Notes: a model not told the origin generated them from the sequence alone. Positions 41,055 to 56,160 are shown, counted from the stretch's first letter. The stretch: DNA of 64,000 nucleotides from Octopus vulgaris (GCA_951406725.2 OX597823.1:115134001-115198000), one strand, 5' to 3'. Numbers and translations: made by a program.

Positions 41055-42048
41055 CACTATAGCCTAACACTGCAGCAGTGCATGACACCAGTGCTGTACA
41101 ATAGAACAACACTGCATTGACTGGTGCACAATATGATGCATTATCACATAGCTACCGAGCTAAGGGAACGAGGTGAGCTTCAACGGCGAAGATCAACAGC
41201 CTTTTGTAAAGGCTCCAATCATGTCGTCTACGGAACTGGACCACCAATTTTTACATTTGCTCATGGCCACTTACTTATAGGTGCAGGTATGGCAATGTGG
41301 TAAGAAGCTTGCTTACCAACCACATGGTTCCAGGTTCAGTCGCACTGCGTCGCAGCTTGGGCAAGTGTCATCTATTGTAGCCTTCAGCTGACCGAAACCT
41401 TGTGAGTGGATTTGGCAGACGGAAACTGAGAAAGCCTGTCGTATGTGTGTGTGTGTGTATGTGTGTGTATGTGTGTGTGTGTGTTTGTGTTTCTCGCCCC
41501 ACCACCGCTTGACAGCTGGTGTTGGTGTGTTTATGTTCCTGTAACTTACCTGTTCCGCAAATGAGCCCGATATTATAAGTGCTAGGCTTTTAAAATACAA
41601 GTTCTGGGGTCGATTTGTTCGACTAGAACCTTTCAAGGCGGTACCCTAACATGACCGCAGTCAAATGATTGAATCAAGTAAAGATAGAAATAAGAAGCCA
41701 ACGTGTTTAATGCATCATATCATTCATACCCATAATAATATATCATCTCCACATATTCACCTCATTTCTATCTCAAGTCATACTTATGTAAACATGAATC
41801 AATCAAACTGCGACTCAAACGACTACGTAAAAAACCAGCAACTGCTTAATTAGGCACAAATACATCAAATTTAAAAAAGCAAAAATTCAAAATAGTCCAA
41901 GGTCCACAAGGACCACCTCGATGGCCCCACTTGTAGGACGCAGCCCACCAATCACTGATCTGCCCGTTCGCTTATTCTGTTACAAGTAACAACCGAATTC
42001 TCTTATTCACACCCTATCATCTAAAAATACGAAAGACATATTGTTCCT

Positions 42049-42338
42049 TCTCGAGCCCCGCCTGGCCCCATAAAAGCCGGCTTCACGGTTTCATTAGCGT
42101 ATAGGTTCCCCACCTGGACGGGACGCCGGTCCGTCGCATGAGCTGCTAGATCCAGGAGGAAAGAGTGAGAGAAAACTGTGGCGAAAGAGTCAGCAGAAGG
42201 TTGCCATTACCTTCTGCCGGAGCCGCGTGGAGCTTAGGTGTTTTCGCTCATAAACATACACATCATCCAGTTTGAGATTCGAACCCACGGTCCCTCGACC
42301 GTGAATCCGCTGCTCTAACCAATAGGCCATGGGCCTCC
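42049..42338 (-). mobile_element. Chimeric SINE: family 3 head and body with a family 4-like 3' module
   Basis: Minus strand family 3-like head joins gcgacggaccggcgtcccgtccaggtggggaacctatacgc. Confidence 0.7.
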
Positions 42339-43786
42339 ACGAAAGACATATGGAACAATGCTAGACTTAGATGTGCAAAACAACTGGGTAGTGAAGACTG
42401 GAATATCTTTCATCATGGGCCTACTCGATCGAAGTTGGCCTAGGGCTATAAGTTCAACTACAAACATTGCACTATAAAACACAGCTGTCAAAATTGGCAC
42501 AGACACCCAACCCCTATAATAGAACCAACCCTTGCTGTAGAATGAAGTCAGCTTCATTCACAAATCCCTTCCAACACTCAGTGCGTGTGACCCCGGACAT
42601 GTGATCTAGAAAATTGCATTTTCGTTTGTCGCGTCCCAAATCTGACGCCATCCCATCTAATGCCTTTACGTGGGGCACTCAACGCCCTACAAACAACTAT
42701 TAAATATCACTTCTACTATAGACACAAGGCCGGAATTTTTGAGGGAGGGGTCTAGTTGATTATATCGTTGCCAGTGCTTGTCTGGTACCTAATTTATCAA
42801 ATCCGAAAGGATGAAAGGCAAAGTCGACCTCGGCGGAACTTGAACTCAGAACGTTAAGACGGACGAAATGCCTCTAAGTAGTTTATCCGGCGTGTTAGCG
42901 GTTGTGCTATCTCGCTGCCTTAAAAAAAAAACCAGTTAAATATCATTCAAATCATTCTCTACTGTATTTTAAAAAGGGAGAACATATTGGATAACGTAGT
43001 CCCAGGTAGACTATGCCTAAATAAAAACAATATGGTCACAGCCGAGAAAGCATCACAATTCCATGCACACTCTACCTTCTTTAAAGATGGCTTATTTTAC
43101 ATGGTTATAGAAAAAGACGGTGTGGTCACGGCTGGAGGACTTTTGATTGTAAGTTTCTGGATCACAACTCACAACAATAGGAACAACAACATCCATGATT
43201 ACACTGTACGCTAGTAGATGCTTGAGTAATTTCATCTTAATCTTATACATATCGGGACCCCATGAAGAAGGAAGTTAACTTCAGAGTGACTGGGGTCTTA
43301 TCCATGGGGAAATTGAGACAGCTATCTCATTTGCTTATTACAAGAAAATCGTAGTCACACTGGACGAGGTAGGTATGAGGTGTTGGCATATATTTACATC
43401 ACGTAATGCAGTCGGATCTCACAGGTGTTATATATTTCGTTGAAATCTTCGTTCACTTGACATTACCCAAGACGTAATAGAAACCCTCTCTTCGTGCGTT
43501 AAAAATAAAAACGAACAAGTGTTATAACTCCAATACATTCAGTAAACTAAACGTCTTGGACTATATAGACAAAGTAGATCGATGTAGGTTTGGTCTTCGA
43601 AGTTAACTGATCAAAGAAACAAACATGTTTCGATCTTATTAGGCTTCCTCAGTTAAGCATATTCAATATTCTATTCAATAAGCAACAGTAAACGGGACCT
43701 ATGCATACATACATACATACATACATACATACATACATACATACATACATACATACATACATACATACATACATGTGTGTGTGTGT

Positions 43787-44030
43787 GGAGGCGCGTGGCT
43801 TAGTGGTTAAGGTGTCAGCATCATGATCGTAAGATTGTGGTTTCGATTCTTAGACCGAGTGACGTGTTTGTTCTTGAGCAAAACATTTCATTTCACGTTG
43901 CTCCAGTCCACTCAGCTGGCAAAAAGGAGTAACGCTGCGATGGATTGGCGTCCTGTCCAGCTGGGGAACACATACGCCCGGGAAACCGGGCCCATGAGCT
44001 TGGCTAGGCTTTAAAAGGGCGCATTTATTT
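43787..44030 (+). mobile_element. tRNA-derived SINE family 4
   Basis: A box TGGCTTAGTGG, B box GGTTTCGATTC, core ttcttgagcaaaacatttc, 3' module gcgatggattggcgtcctgtccag. Confidence 0.8.
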
Positions 44031-44389
44031 TTATTGTATATATATATTAGAGCAAAATAGCTGACAAAAAATACCCCAACATCTGAAACATTCTTCAGGC
44101 ATACAAAACCCAAATACGGTAAGGAAAGAGGGCCACGTGTCCCTTATACTGGAATTGAAAAACTTCGATCAGCTGATCTCACACCAGTTATCTTTCTTTC
44201 CTGTTTGTTTGTTTGTTCTTCTAGATTTTTATCTCACGTGGAGGGAGTTTTAGATCACTAATTACTCGGATCATCTTTGTCAATTGAATATCAATTTATT
44301 ATATAATACATCTATATATAATATGAAGAATATTCCCCAAAGCCGCGGTGTTTTCCAACGACCATATTGTTGGTTTTTATAATAAACTG

Positions 44390-45192
44390 CACTGGACCAC
44401 GTTGCACACAGATCGTTGCACCGTGCTACACTGCGCTGTGCAATGCTACGACAGACCAGGAGACACTGCTGAACACCAAAATGCAGTACAGTAGATTGCA
44501 CTTCACAATACTACGTTACACAACACTGTGTAACATTATACGACACCACACCACCAATATACCACTCCACGTGACACTATATCACATCACCCTGCACCAC
44601 ACCACTCCACACAACACAACACTGCAACGCTGCACCACACTGCATCACACCACATCACATCACATCACTCCACACAACACCACTCCATACAACACAACAC
44701 CACTCCATACAACGCAACACCACTCCATACAACACAACACAACACTGCAGCACACCACATCACACTACTCCGTACTGCACAACACAAAACCACACGACAC
44801 AATACCTCACAACACCACACCACACTTCATCACAAAACACACCAACACACATCAAACCACCTCACAACACACCACTACATAACATACCACCACACAACAC
44901 ACAACCACACACCATCACATAACAGCACACCACGAAACACACACCACACTACACAAAAACAACACCATACCACCCAACACAACACCGCATAACACAACAC
45001 CACACCACACCTCACATACCACCACACAACACACCGCCACACAACACATCATACAACGCCACATGACAGGACACTACACAACACCACAAAACACAACATC
45101 ACACAACCCTCCACACAACACCACACCGCACAACAACACACCGCACAACACCACACCACACAACACAGCGCCCCACAACACCACTCCACACT
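44390..45192. repeat. Degenerate CA-rich pentamer repeat (CACAC/CACAA/CACCA)
   Basis: Continuous low-complexity tract. Confidence 0.85.
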
Positions 45193-45335
45193 ACTCTAGC
45201 CAACGAGATAGTCTCTACATGGTCACTGTGATTGCTAGAAATAGCAACCAAATTCCTTAAGCCACTCAGTAAGGTCATTTGTCACGTTGGATACTGTATG
45301 TCCGTGGTTCCCAGTACGTGAAAAGAGATCTACTG

Positions 45336-45615
45336 CATGGCCACAGTGACTGGACATAGGAAGTAGACAGGTGGTCACTCAGCATAAACATAGACAGGGC
45401 GTAGAGTTGGTTGGTCACACAACGTAGTCACAGTCATTGAACATAGGAGTGGACGGACAGACAGCGACTGGACATAGAAGATCCACCAGTGGTCACTTAA
45501 GCGTGGATACTGTGACTGGACATAAGAGTGGACAGCCACAAGGCATGGCCACAGCGCATCGGGAATAGTGTAGGTGGTCACACGGCATGGCCACGCGGAC
45601 ATTATGGGACATTAT
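45336..45615. repeat. Degenerate ~30-bp tandem repeat
   Basis: Recurring ggtcacagtgactggacata..agt.gacag motif. Confidence 0.6.
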
Positions 45616-45814
45616 GTCTAACAGGGAATTGCTGTTGATCATAGGTATACTGGGTCAAGGTTAGCCTAGGGTTAAACAGCTACAATAACAACAACTACAC
45701 TACGGAAAAACTACACATTGCACGCTGCAACACGTGGTCGGTCGACCTGACAGAAAAAGCAGCCAAATCTTCTTTAAACCATACTCAGTCATCTTAATAA
45801 TATTTATAATGTAT

Positions 45815-46260
45815 TTAAGGCGGTAAACTGGCAGAATCATTAGCACGCCGGAAAAAATGCTTAGCGGCGTATCGTCCGACTTTACGCTCTGAGTTCAAAT
45901 TCCTGCGAGGTCGACTCTGCCTTTCATCGCTTGGGAGGTCGATAAGATAAGTAGCAATTGAGAACTGGGATTGATGCAATCAAATTACTCCCTCCCCCCG
46001 GAACGTGCTGGCCTTGTGCCAAAACTTGAAGCAAATATTTATTAATTCATTTAAGGCGGCAAGCTGGCAGAATCGTTAACACGCCGGGCAAAATACGTGG
46101 CAGCATTTCGTCCGTCTTTACGAACTGAGTTCAAATTCTGCCGAGGCCGACTTTGCCTCTCATCTATAAGTACCAACCAAGCAGTGGGGGGGGGTCCAAT
46201 GTAATCGACTTACCCCAGCCCCCGAACTTACTGGCGTTGTGCCAAAATTTGTATTTATAT
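45815..46260 (+). mobile_element. Two tandem SINE family 2 copies
   Basis: aaggcgg..ctggcagaatc heads at ~45817 and ~46053. Confidence 0.85.
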
Positions 46261-47034
46261 ACAATATTTATAATGTAGTGTGAGACGAAAAATAACTGAA
46301 AAATAATATGATAGCCATGGTTGGATTGTCTTTAGTTATAAACTTGTGCATTTGAAGAGTGTTAACCAGGTCTATACAATATAAACAACATCACACATCA
46401 CACGATATAGCACCGTTACGCATCATATCACATCACACGACAGCACTATAGTACATGCGTGCATATTATAACACACTTGATTATACTAACAACACCACAC
46501 TATAACAATCTACACAGCACCACACTACATCGCCCTCACAACGCAACAACATACTACGCTACGCTTCACAATACCAAAGAACGTCACACAACGCTATTCT
46601 ACATCGAATTTAGATAGACAGCGGCACGTCTACCAAGTTTTACTATCTCCTGTAATCAGTTGCCTTTGAAAGTGAAAGTGAAAGTAAGCGGGATGGATGC
46701 GTGCAGGTTGGACTGTACGGTGGCGGCGGCGGCGACGGTGGCGGTGGTAGTGGTGGTGGTAGTGGTGGTGGTGGGTAACAAGCAGTGGAAGGGAGTGAGA
46801 GATAGGGAGAGGAGGAAAGAGAAAGAGTGAGGAAGAAGAAGACAGAGTGAGGGAGAAGGAAAGAAGGGGAGAGAGGTCAATGGGTCAGATAAAAACCCCT
46901 ATCATAATCAGAAACTCATCCATTCTTAGTTTTCGCAACTATTTTACTTTTCCCTTATTTTTTCTTTTTTGTTTAGGGGCCGTTATAGCAACAACAACAA
47001 GAAGAAGAACAACAGCAAGAAAGGGTGGACTTAC

Positions 47035-48009
47035 TTGGCGGTGATGTCCTATTGTCATATCTGTTGGAACTGTTTGTATTGTATCCTCCATACATTGAGA
47101 GACCGAATTTATGGCGGGGCTGAGGATTGGAGTGCTGAGTATGCTGTTGTTGGTGGTGATGATGATGGACGTGGCGGTACTACTGCTGATACTGGAGGTG
47201 GTATTGCTGTTGATGTTGTTGATGGCGGTGGCGTTGCTGCTAGTGGTGGTGGTGGTGATGGTGGTGGTGTAGTTTGTGGGGATGCTGTTGTTGGTGGTGG
47301 TGGTGGTGGTGTTGGCGGCTGATGTCGTTGTAGTGCTACCAGTTTGTTCGACGCTACCTCCACCGCCAGGCGCCGTGGCAGCGGCAGCAGCGGCGGCGGC
47401 GGCGGGGGTGGTGATTGTGGTGCTGGGGGAATTCGAAGCACTGTGTAAACCTCCATTTGTGCCGTTGCTACCTCCAGCACCAACATTAACGACGCCGCCA
47501 TTACTACCACATTCACCACTATCACCGCCACCGCCATCACCTCCACCACTACTACTGTTACTGCTACTACTACTACTGCCATCACCACCACCACCACCAC
47601 CATTACTGCCTGCTGCGCCTCCATTACTGTTTCCTCCATAACTGCTTACAATCGGGTCCCCCAGCAGATAGAGGACGCGTAATTCATACTCTGTGAGGTA
47701 GGAACGTATTTGCGAGTCGTCACCCAACATGGCGACACTGCGTACCTCCATGGCTCGTTTTTTGGTGCGAGTTTTCATGTCTTCCCATTTCTTCTTCACT
47801 TCCTCCACCGAACGGCCCACGGGGGAAACGGTGTTCACCAGTTCAGCTATTTCCTGCCAGGCTTTCATTTTCTTGGCATTGGTCACGCTATCAGTAAATT
47901 TGGCATTTACGGTCGACATACGTTTACCTATGCCCTCCATAATGGCCGACACTTCAGACGCGGCAAAATTACTTTTCCGCTTCTTTTTCTTCCTTCTCTG
48001 TACTTCCAT
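47035..48009 (-). CDS. MSANTD4: Myb/SANT-like DNA-binding domain protein (MSANTD4/NAIF1-like), first coding exon (325 codons)
   Basis: ATG at 48009. The N-terminus KKRKSNF...KKMKAWQEIAELVNTVSPVGRSVEEVKKKWEDMK matches the Myb_DNA-bind_5 pattern (RKxNF, AWxxI, VN, R, KKKW). A Gly/Ser/Ala/Thr low-complexity linker follows. Strong donor CAA|GTAAGT after 47035, phase 0. The symbol is by resemblance; orthology is not tested. Confidence 0.88.
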
Positions 48010-48054
48010 GTTTACTGGGGTTTACTTACACACACACATACACACACACACACA

Positions 48055-48097
<43 letters not shown>

Positions 48098-49074
48098 ATA
48101 TATATATGTACATACATATATATATATAGGTTAATATATATACGTATACATATATATGTGTGTATATTTGTATGTAAGAAAAAAAGTTGCTTTGGTGTGG
48201 ATGGATGCTGGGTAAGGGTGGGGAATGTATATCTTTTTTTTTAATGTTTTTCACATTTTTTACAATTCATATTTGTTTGCAGTATTTTTTTAAACTCTTT
48301 TCTTTCAACTTTTTTCATTTTTCTTTTTCTTTTTTTTTCTTTTTTTTCTTCATGAAGTTTTTAAAAACATTTGTTTTGGGAGGTTTAAAATATTGTTATC
48401 ATTATCTAAGTTAGTATGAAATTTTAGTAAATTAATAAAAATTATATTTATAATAATAATAATAATAATATCCATTCTTTTTACTTTTCTATTGTCATTT
48501 TTTAAAAAGTCTTTGTATGTTATATATAATGTACGTATGGGTGTGGGTGTATATATATATGTGTGTATGTATGTATGTATGTATGTATGATTTTGTTGTT
48601 GTTGATTATTTTTCCTTTCTTTCTTTCCTGCTCTCAGAAAACGATATTAGTAAGAATGACTTAGATGGTTTGTCCGTGAATGGAAGCTAAATCGATTGAC
48701 TGAGAGATGTGTGTGAGTGAGTACATGCTGCGAACAACACACGCAAGTACTCTTTACTATAGATGAAGTAAGTCTGCGTGTAGGTAGCGAGAAATGTGCG
48801 TGCGTGTGTGTGTGTGTAGCGGTGTGTGTCTGTGTGTACGTGCGTGCACCAGTGTATGTGTGCGTGTGCGTGCCTCATCCACTCTTTATAGAAATAAATG
48901 TAAGACTACGGTATTTTATGTGCGTGCCTGTGTCCCAGCGTTACGTGTATTTGTGAGTGTGTGTGTGTGCGCGCGCGCGTGTGTCCGTGTATGCGAGTGT
49001 GTGCGTGTGTCCCAGTTTGTGCCTGTGTATGCGTATATCCCGGGGTGTGTGTGCGTGTGTATGTGTGTGAAACA

Positions 49075-49124
<50 letters not shown>

Positions 49125-49860
49125 AGAGTGACAGTGTCTGTGTGTCTGTGATTATTTAAGTCCTGGACGCTACTATCTCCAGGTGTACACGTAATATCGT
49201 CTCTTTCTTCCTCCCAACTCTTCTATCTTTCTCTCTCTTTTACTTTCACTTTCGCTTTCTTCCTCTCTCCCTCGCTTTCTCCCCTTTCTCTCTCTCTCTC
49301 TCTCTCGCAAGTGCGTTATATGATGTGTTAGTTACATTAGTGTGCGTACGTGTGTGCGTGTACGCCGTTCTGTGTTTGTGTGTATGTGTCACTGTCTTTG
49401 CGTGTGTCTGTTTTCTATGATTCTGTATAAATGTATTCATGGATGTGTGCGTGTGTGTGTGTTTGTGAGAGTGCGCGCGGCGTGTATGTATGTATATATG
49501 TATGCAAATGTATATGTATGTCTGTACGTGTGTGTGTGTGTGTGTGTGTACGTGTGTATAAATATATGTGTTTACTAGTGGCTTTTAGATTTCGAAGCCA
49601 TGTTCCAAGTATAAAGACTCCGCTAATTCCACCACCGCCACCACCACCACCACCAAGACCACCAAGACCGCCAACATCAACACCCCCACCACCACCACCA
49701 CGGTTGTCGTCACCACCACTACCTATAACAACATCACCTCCAGTTGTAACACCTCCAGCAGCACTACCACCACCACCACCACCACCACCACCAGCAGTAC
49801 CAAAACCCCTCCTCCGATCACGCTCTGGAATTGTTTACTACCTCACTCATCCTTCTATGA

Positions 49861-49895
<35 letters not shown>

Positions 49896-50672
49896 TCACA
49901 CTTGCACACACTCGCACGTATATAGGCACGCACATACACATACGCGCGCACACACACATACAAGCACGCACGCACACATACACACATACAAGTGTTCTCC
50001 CTCTGCTACTTAACCCTATTGCGTGGCTTCTTAACCAAAGGGAGATTCAGTGAGACAGAGAGAGAGAGAAAGACAGGAAAAGACAGAGAGAGAGAGAGAG
50101 GGGGAGGAGGAGGAGGAGGAGGTAAAGGAGAATGTGAGTGAAAGGGAGAGTTGGTGAGTAAGGAGAACGTGAGAGTAGGTGACTGAGTGAGAGAGTGGCT
50201 GAGTGAGTGAGTGGTTGAGTGGTTGAGTGAGTGAGAGACTGGAATGAGTGAGAGAACAAATGAATGAGGAGTTGGATAAAAAGCGGAGAGAAAGGAGAGA
50301 AGGAGATCGCAAAGTGGAAAGTATCGGATTGTTGATCAAGAAAAAAAAAAAGGACAGGGTGTATAGGATTGATGTGGTAGTGGTGATGATGATGATGAAG
50401 AGGTGGGGAAAGGAAGAGGGTGGGTGGGCGTGGGGGTAGTGGTGGTGGTGGTGGTGGTGGTGGTGGTAGTGGTGGTGGTGGCGTTGAACTGCCCGTGGTT
50501 TCGATTTTTCGAGTTGGTAGCAAACGGTCGTCACTATGTTATTTGTGTTGGTGCCGATGTTGGCGAAGAGTTGCAAATAGTACACAGGACGTTGTTGTTG
50601 GTGGTGTTGTTGTTGTTGGTGGTGGTGGTAGTGATGTTGGCGGCGGTCATGGGCATGCTAACAGTAGTAGTG

Positions 50673-50742
<70 letters not shown>

Positions 50743-50890
50743 TGAGAAGGGTGACAAGAGACGACGGTGATTGATTTCGTAATAAAATTCTAAGTTAGCG
50801 ATGGGACAACCAGACGGGCGCGAGTCGACTTTTAACTTCCTTCCAGCATATACATACGTGCTTGCGTTTGTGTGTGTGTGTATGCGCTTG

Positions 50891-50955
<65 letters not shown>

Positions 50956-51031
50956 GTATATATATATATGTATGTATATAGATGTATATATACATATCTA
51001 TATGTACATATATATGTATGTATATATACGT

Positions 51032-51067
<36 letters not shown>

Positions 51068-51112
51068 GGAAATATTTATATATATGTATATATATATATA
51101 TGCATATATATA

Positions 51113-51156
<44 letters not shown>

Positions 51157-51431
51157 ATATACATATATATATATACGTATATATCAACACACATATATAC
51201 ATACATACGTGTATGTATGTATCCATGTATGTGTGTGTGTAATTTGTGTGTGTATATACATATATATATGTGTGTATATACAGAGAGAGAGTGAGAGAGT
51301 GAGGGAGGTAGTGAGACATCCATACATTCATAGCCCTATATTTTCACGCATACTCAGTCATACACACATACATACGCACATACGTACTTCTGCACATTAA
51401 CGTAGCCATATATATATATATATGTATGTGC

Positions 51432-51475
<44 letters not shown>

Positions 51476-51667
51476 GCACATTCAGACATGCAACTATTTT
51501 TACATGCATACTTACTTATACTTTGTATTCCACTTAATGCTTAACACGTCTTTTTCGCCATACATCTGTACATAACGATGCGTATATTTACGGGTGTCTA
51601 TTTTGCTATCTGCCTGTGTAAATACCTTCTTAACTATATGTATCTATCCCCTATCTTTATACGCATA

Positions 51668-51718
<51 letters not shown>

Positions 51719-52092
51719 CATATATACATATACATATACATATACACACATGCACACACACACATACACACACACACTGACACGCACGCACTCACTCAAA
51801 CTCAGACACGCACATACGCCCACGCACGCATATACACAGGCGCGCTGATGTGTATGCGTTATAGGTATGGGAGCACTTTACCTTTACCGCTCCTATCTCA
51901 CCTTCAGCTCCTTTACTTCTTCCTCTTTACACCTGTCGTCTACTTACACACACACACACACACACACACATACTTACATTCACACAAATATTATGCTTCT
52001 CTTGTATAAATGCTGTCGTTGTTTTGTTTTTGTTTTTGTTATTTTGTGACGGGAGAGAATATTACAGGGAGAAGAGCAGGTAAAATATTTAT

Positions 52093-52452
<360 letters not shown>

Positions 52453-52998
52453 TCTCCCATAAGGGAGAAGCTGATGAATAAAAAGATAAAGAGAGAATGA
52501 TCGCGTACGAAAGAGGAAGAAAGAGAGATCGAGAGGTATAGACTTGTAAAGATGGTGGGGGAGAAGAAAGGAAAGACAAGGTGAGAGAGTGGGAGAGAAA
52601 GAGAGAGAGAAGGAATGTTAGATCCAACAGCGACGGGGATGGGGGGAAGGTCTGTGATAAAATCGGTTAAGCAGCCAACTCCGAAACAAAACTACTCTGC
52701 AGACTCTTTAGTTTTATACTTGTTTGTTGCGAGTTCAAATACTACGGGTTTTTACACTGACTTTCAACCATATATATACACATATATATATATACATATA
52801 TACATATACTGGACGAGTGGAATAAACATTGATGGTATCATCGCCAGGACCGTCACAATCACCGCTGATAACACGATATGCGCCACCATCGCTGTCGCGA
52901 CTACGACCGCTGTTCTAACAAACACGACGCTTTCCGTTGACGCAAAATATACAGGATAATGCATATATATATATACATACACATATATATATACACAG

Positions 52999-53224
52999 AC
53001 GATGGGTTGTTGAAAAGTTCCTGGTTTTGGGTAAGAGAAAATACAGGAGGATCAGTTAATTGTGATTTTTTTATTCAACATATTCCCCTCTCAGAGCCAC
53101 ACAGTTATTGCAGCAGTCCTTCAGTTACAATAAGCGCTGTGAAAGAAATCGCAAGTTTGGGCCACCAACCGATACTTTCGCGACACCCTTAAAGCTAGGA
53201 GCTTTTCAGTCAGCACCCCCTCGT
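52999..53224. mobile_element. Tc1/mariner-type MITE (degenerate)
   Basis: Imperfect TIRs acgatgggttgttgaaaagttcctgg / ctaggagcttttcag...cagcaccccctcgt, in a TA-rich context. Confidence 0.65.
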
Positions 53225-53648
53225 GTGTGTAGATATATATATATATAACTATCAATACATACTTATATACGCACAAAGATTATTTATATATATATATATA
53301 ACTATCAATACATATATACGCACAAAGATTATATATATATATATATACATACATACACACATAAATAGCTAAATGGCTATATATATTTACATACATACTT
53401 AATAGTGGTGCTGAGCTGACAGAACCGTTAGCACGCCGGACAAAAGTTTTAGCGGCATTTCTTCCGGCTTTACGTTTTGCGTTCAAATTCAGCCGAGCTC
53501 GACTTTCCCTTTCATTCTTTCCGGGTCGGCAGTTGTCCCGGGATCAGTTTTCCGGACAGGATGAGATACAACAAAACTTTTAATGGAAAGATTTATTCTA
53601 AATTGATATACATACATACATACATACATATATGTATCTATCTATCTA

Positions 53649-53744
<96 letters not shown>

Positions 53745-53924
53745 GTATATATAATGTATGTATACATGTATACAATCATGCATACTCCAAATAAAAGTCC
53801 TCTCAGTGTTAACGAGATTGCATAGAAATCATAACTACTTAAGATAATTGATGGGATGGTTCTTTGATTAGTTCTACTTACTCAGAGCTGACTTCGAACA
53901 AAATATCTACTTATACATAAATTC

Positions 53925-53956
<32 letters not shown>

Positions 53957-53957
53957 G

Positions 53958-54032
<75 letters not shown>

Positions 54033-54105
54033 CGGGAAGCTTTATGAAAATAAACAAAAGACGAAGGCAGGTGGAGTACAAACAAACAATTGTATTAGTA
54101 TGGCA

Positions 54106-54168
<63 letters not shown>

Positions 54169-55061
54169 GTATGTATGTATACACGCACATATTTACGCGT
54201 ATAGAATCGCATATCCTTACGTATTATGTGACGTGTTGTAATGTGTATATTTGTTAGCGTGAATAATTTTATGCAAGTCTGGGATAGATATATACATACA
54301 TACATACATACATACATACATACATACATACATACATACATACATACATACATACATACATACATGCGTACAAACGTACGTACATGCATATGCGTTAATT
54401 GTTTATAATAAATATGTATACGAAGATATATTCTATAAATGTGTTTCTGTGAGTAAACTTATATAAGTTTACATGAATGTGCGTGCGTGTGTCTGCGTGT
54501 GAGGTGAGTTGTAGTTTTCATACTCCATACATGAACGTATATTTGCGTTTATTTGAGCGCTTCCGTTCCTATAAAAGTCGTCTTCATTTCACTTCGGCCA
54601 TCCTGTTTCTTTTCTATATCTGTCTATTTATTATTCCTACCGTTTCTTTTTATTGGGTGTGATTCGACGGGGGTCTATTTAGTCGCTATTTGTTGTAGGA
54701 CTCGGTGTAAACTCGTCCAGATTATAAAACACTGATTATACATACGTGTTTTAAGTTTGAACTTAAATTTGGTTTCTTTCCCGTTTATATGTTTATATGT
54801 TTATCCACGCGTATGTGTACGCCGGTGCGTGTGAGTAGGCATGTCTTTATACGCTCGTGTGTGTGTGTGTGTGTGTATCTGTGGCTGTACGTATGCAAGT
54901 GTTCGCACGCACGCGTCTAACTATTTACATGATGTTATGATTGTATTCGTGTTTTGTTACGCAAGCGATGCCGCTGTGTGTGTGTTTTTTTCCTTTTTTT
55001 TTTGTCTTTTTCTATTCCAATACATAGGTAGACAGACACACAGACAGACGGACAGGCAGAC

Positions 55062-55122
<61 letters not shown>

Positions 55123-55366
55123 CATACATACATACATACATACATACATACATACATACATACATACATACATACGTGTTCATATGTATGTATGTATGTA
55201 TATTTGAATATACATACATACACGTAGGCGCAGGAGTGGCTGTTTGGTAAGTAGCTTGCTTACGAACCACATGGTTCCGGGTTCAGTCCCACTGCGTGAA
55301 ACCTACTATAGCCTCGGGTCGACCAAAGCCTTGGATTTGGTAGACGGAAACTGAAAGAAGCCCGTC

Positions 55367-55413
<47 letters not shown>

Positions 55414-55590
55414 TGCGTGTGTATGTTTGTGTGTCTGTGTTTGTCCCCCCAACATCGCTTGACAACCGATGCTGGTGTGTTTACGTTCGATAGAATAAGT
55501 ACTAGACTTACAAAGAATAAGTCCTGGGGTATAGGAATAAGTAAATGAGTAAAGAGTATATAGTAACCATATCTATATCTAATTCTATCT

Positions 55591-55633
<43 letters not shown>

Positions 55634-55675
55634 ACGGAAGCTTTATGAAAATATGAAGGCAGGTGGATTGTATTA

Positions 55676-55736
<61 letters not shown>

Positions 55737-56160
55737 AATATAAAACACACACATACATGCACAGACACATATGTGTATGTAAAAAATACATATTAGTGAA
55801 TGCGTGAGCGCACGCGCCTAAATTATGATGTGTAAATACAAGCTCGTATTTGTATGAGTCTATGTAAGTGTATAACTCGGGCACACGTAAGACCCCTCAG
55901 ATATATGCGCGGGCGTGTGCGCGTGTGTGCGTGTGCATGTGTGCGTGCGTGTGCGTGCGTGCATGTGAGTGTGTGTGAGTATGTGTGTGTGCGTGTGAGT
56001 ATGTGTGTGCGTGTTACGTGCTCTGTGTGTGAAACTCTCGACATTTCAGTCGCTAATGTAAATTTACTGTCGAATAAATAAATAAGCAAATATATGTATG
56101 TATGTGTGTATGTATGTATGTATGTATACATGAATTGATGTATGCATGCATATATATATG

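Noticed and set aside
46939-47034. ORF extension VSPPFLAVVLLLVVVAIT, resembling a transmembrane segment
   Set aside because: Lies past a consensus GTAAGT donor and derives from an intronic (TTG/TTC)n tract.
46969-48244. Overlapping + and alternative-frame ORFs across exon 1
   Set aside because: Shadows of the trinucleotide-rich real CDS.
49620-50775. Pro-, Gly-, Val- and Ser-rich ORFs upstream of the gene
   Set aside because: Trinucleotide-repeat tracts without a domain or clear splice signals. May be 5' UTR or promoter, but this cannot be supported from sequence alone.
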